From positions 95,387 through 159,386 of the IMG/VR virus record IMGVR_UViG_3300005573_001166: a stretch of 64,000 bases of DNA; one strand, written 5' to 3'. Below, one piece after another: positions 63,421 through 64,000 of this stretch (positions within the stretch are counted from its first letter, which is position 1; every line of letters starts with the position of its first letter). Position numbers and translations under genes: made by a program. A model generated the notes under the pieces. It did no database searches. It was not told the DNA's origin and worked only from the letters and a program-made list of their open reading frames with translations. Source of the DNA: a virus.

Positions 63421-64000
63421 ATGTATATATACAACATAAGTCAAATTCCAACTAAGTTGGTAATTCCTAGTTTAAATATAGTATTAAATCCAGGAGATTG
63501 CTTTGACTTGACTACGGAGCAGTTGCAGTTGCCTGATGTACAGTCTTTAATAAGCCAAGGTTTGCTTTTAGTTAGTAGTAAGGTTCCAGACTCTGCAAGG
63601 GCCGAGTCTGACGGCGGCTATCTGTTAGTAGGGGAGCCCGGATCAGCGGAGAATATCGCATTCGATATAACATCGTACGGAGCTGTTGGTGATGGTTCTA
63701 CTGATGACACAGCTGCTATAAATTCAGCTATTAGTGCAGCAAGTAATAAAAGTTTATTAATACCACCAGGGACTTATAGGATAGCGAGTTCTATAACTGT
63801 TCCAAGTAATGTCAAAATATGGTTTTCTAATGGTGCTAAGATAAGTGTTGATAGTGGGAAGACATTAACTATCAATGGGCAGTTAGTTGCTGAGAGATAC
63901 CAGATATTTACTGGTGATGGAACGGTTAATATCAGTCAGGGTGCTTGTGATGAGGTTTATCCTGAGTGGTGGGGTGCTGTTGGTGATGGCTCTACTGATG
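63421..64000 (+). CDS. Tailspike/depolymerase with pectate-lyase-like beta-helix (partial, runs off the window)
   Basis: Not in the ORF track. AAGGAG + ATG 63421, open to the end: FDITSYGAVGDGSTDDTAAINSAI...LIPPGTY and VYPEWWGAVGDGSTD. Confidence 0.85.
   Translation, partial: MYIYNISQIPTKLVIPSLNIVLNPGDCFDLTTEQLQLPDVQSLISQGLLLVSSKVPDSARAESDGGYLLVGEPGSAENIAFDITSYGAVGDGSTDDTAAINSAISAASNKSLLIPPGTYRIASSITVPSNVKIWFSNGAKISVDSGKTLTINGQLVAERYQIFTGDGTVNISQGACDEVYPEWWGAVGDGSTD

Noticed and set aside
503-63437. Short minus-strand ORFs and small nested + strand ORFs in the track (e.g. 19959..20168, 57925..58173)
   Set aside because: They overlap longer motif-bearing + strand genes and have no recognisable motifs; treated as shadows.
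1-64000. tRNA, rRNA, intron or intein sequences
   Set aside because: No cloverleaf/T-loop motifs were seen in the few intergenic gaps, and no intein or homing-endonuclease motifs were recognised. tRNAscan/Infernal would be needed to exclude them formally.

Overview
Segment of a large contractile-tailed (myovirus-type) bacteriophage. Every credible gene is on the + strand, densely packed, in standard genetic code. 1-16.3 kb is a sugar-nucleotide and glycosylation cluster: three SDR-fold enzymes, a GmhB-GmhA heptose fusion, an RmlC-like epimerase, GT2/GT9/GT4/GT8-like glycosyltransferases, a methyltransferase and one GT pseudogene, with an orphan PAS-PAS-GAF sensor embedded. 16.3-20.1 kb holds a Ser-tailed beta-helix protein, a metallophosphoesterase, a radical-SAM-like protein and a head-tail connector. 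20.1-21.2 kb is a non-coding AT-rich region with repeats (candidate origin). 21.2-38.2 kb encodes neck, sheath, tube, a -1 frameshifted chaperone, tape measure and baseplate. 38.2-57.8 kb is a variable block of beta-propeller (BNR/LVIVD/NHL) proteins on long poly-Ser stalks plus an apparently imported tail-fibre cassette. The end carries a GT4, a baseplate/fibre protein, an amidase endolysin (bacterial host) and a truncated tailspike. No capsid, portal, terminase, tRNA, CRISPR or integrase is visible. Best candidate for a new system: phage-encoded (heptose-type) O-glycosylation of poly-Ser virion appendages. A family of dispersed palindromic intergenic elements is also notable. All functional calls are by-eye motif recognition; no searches were run.
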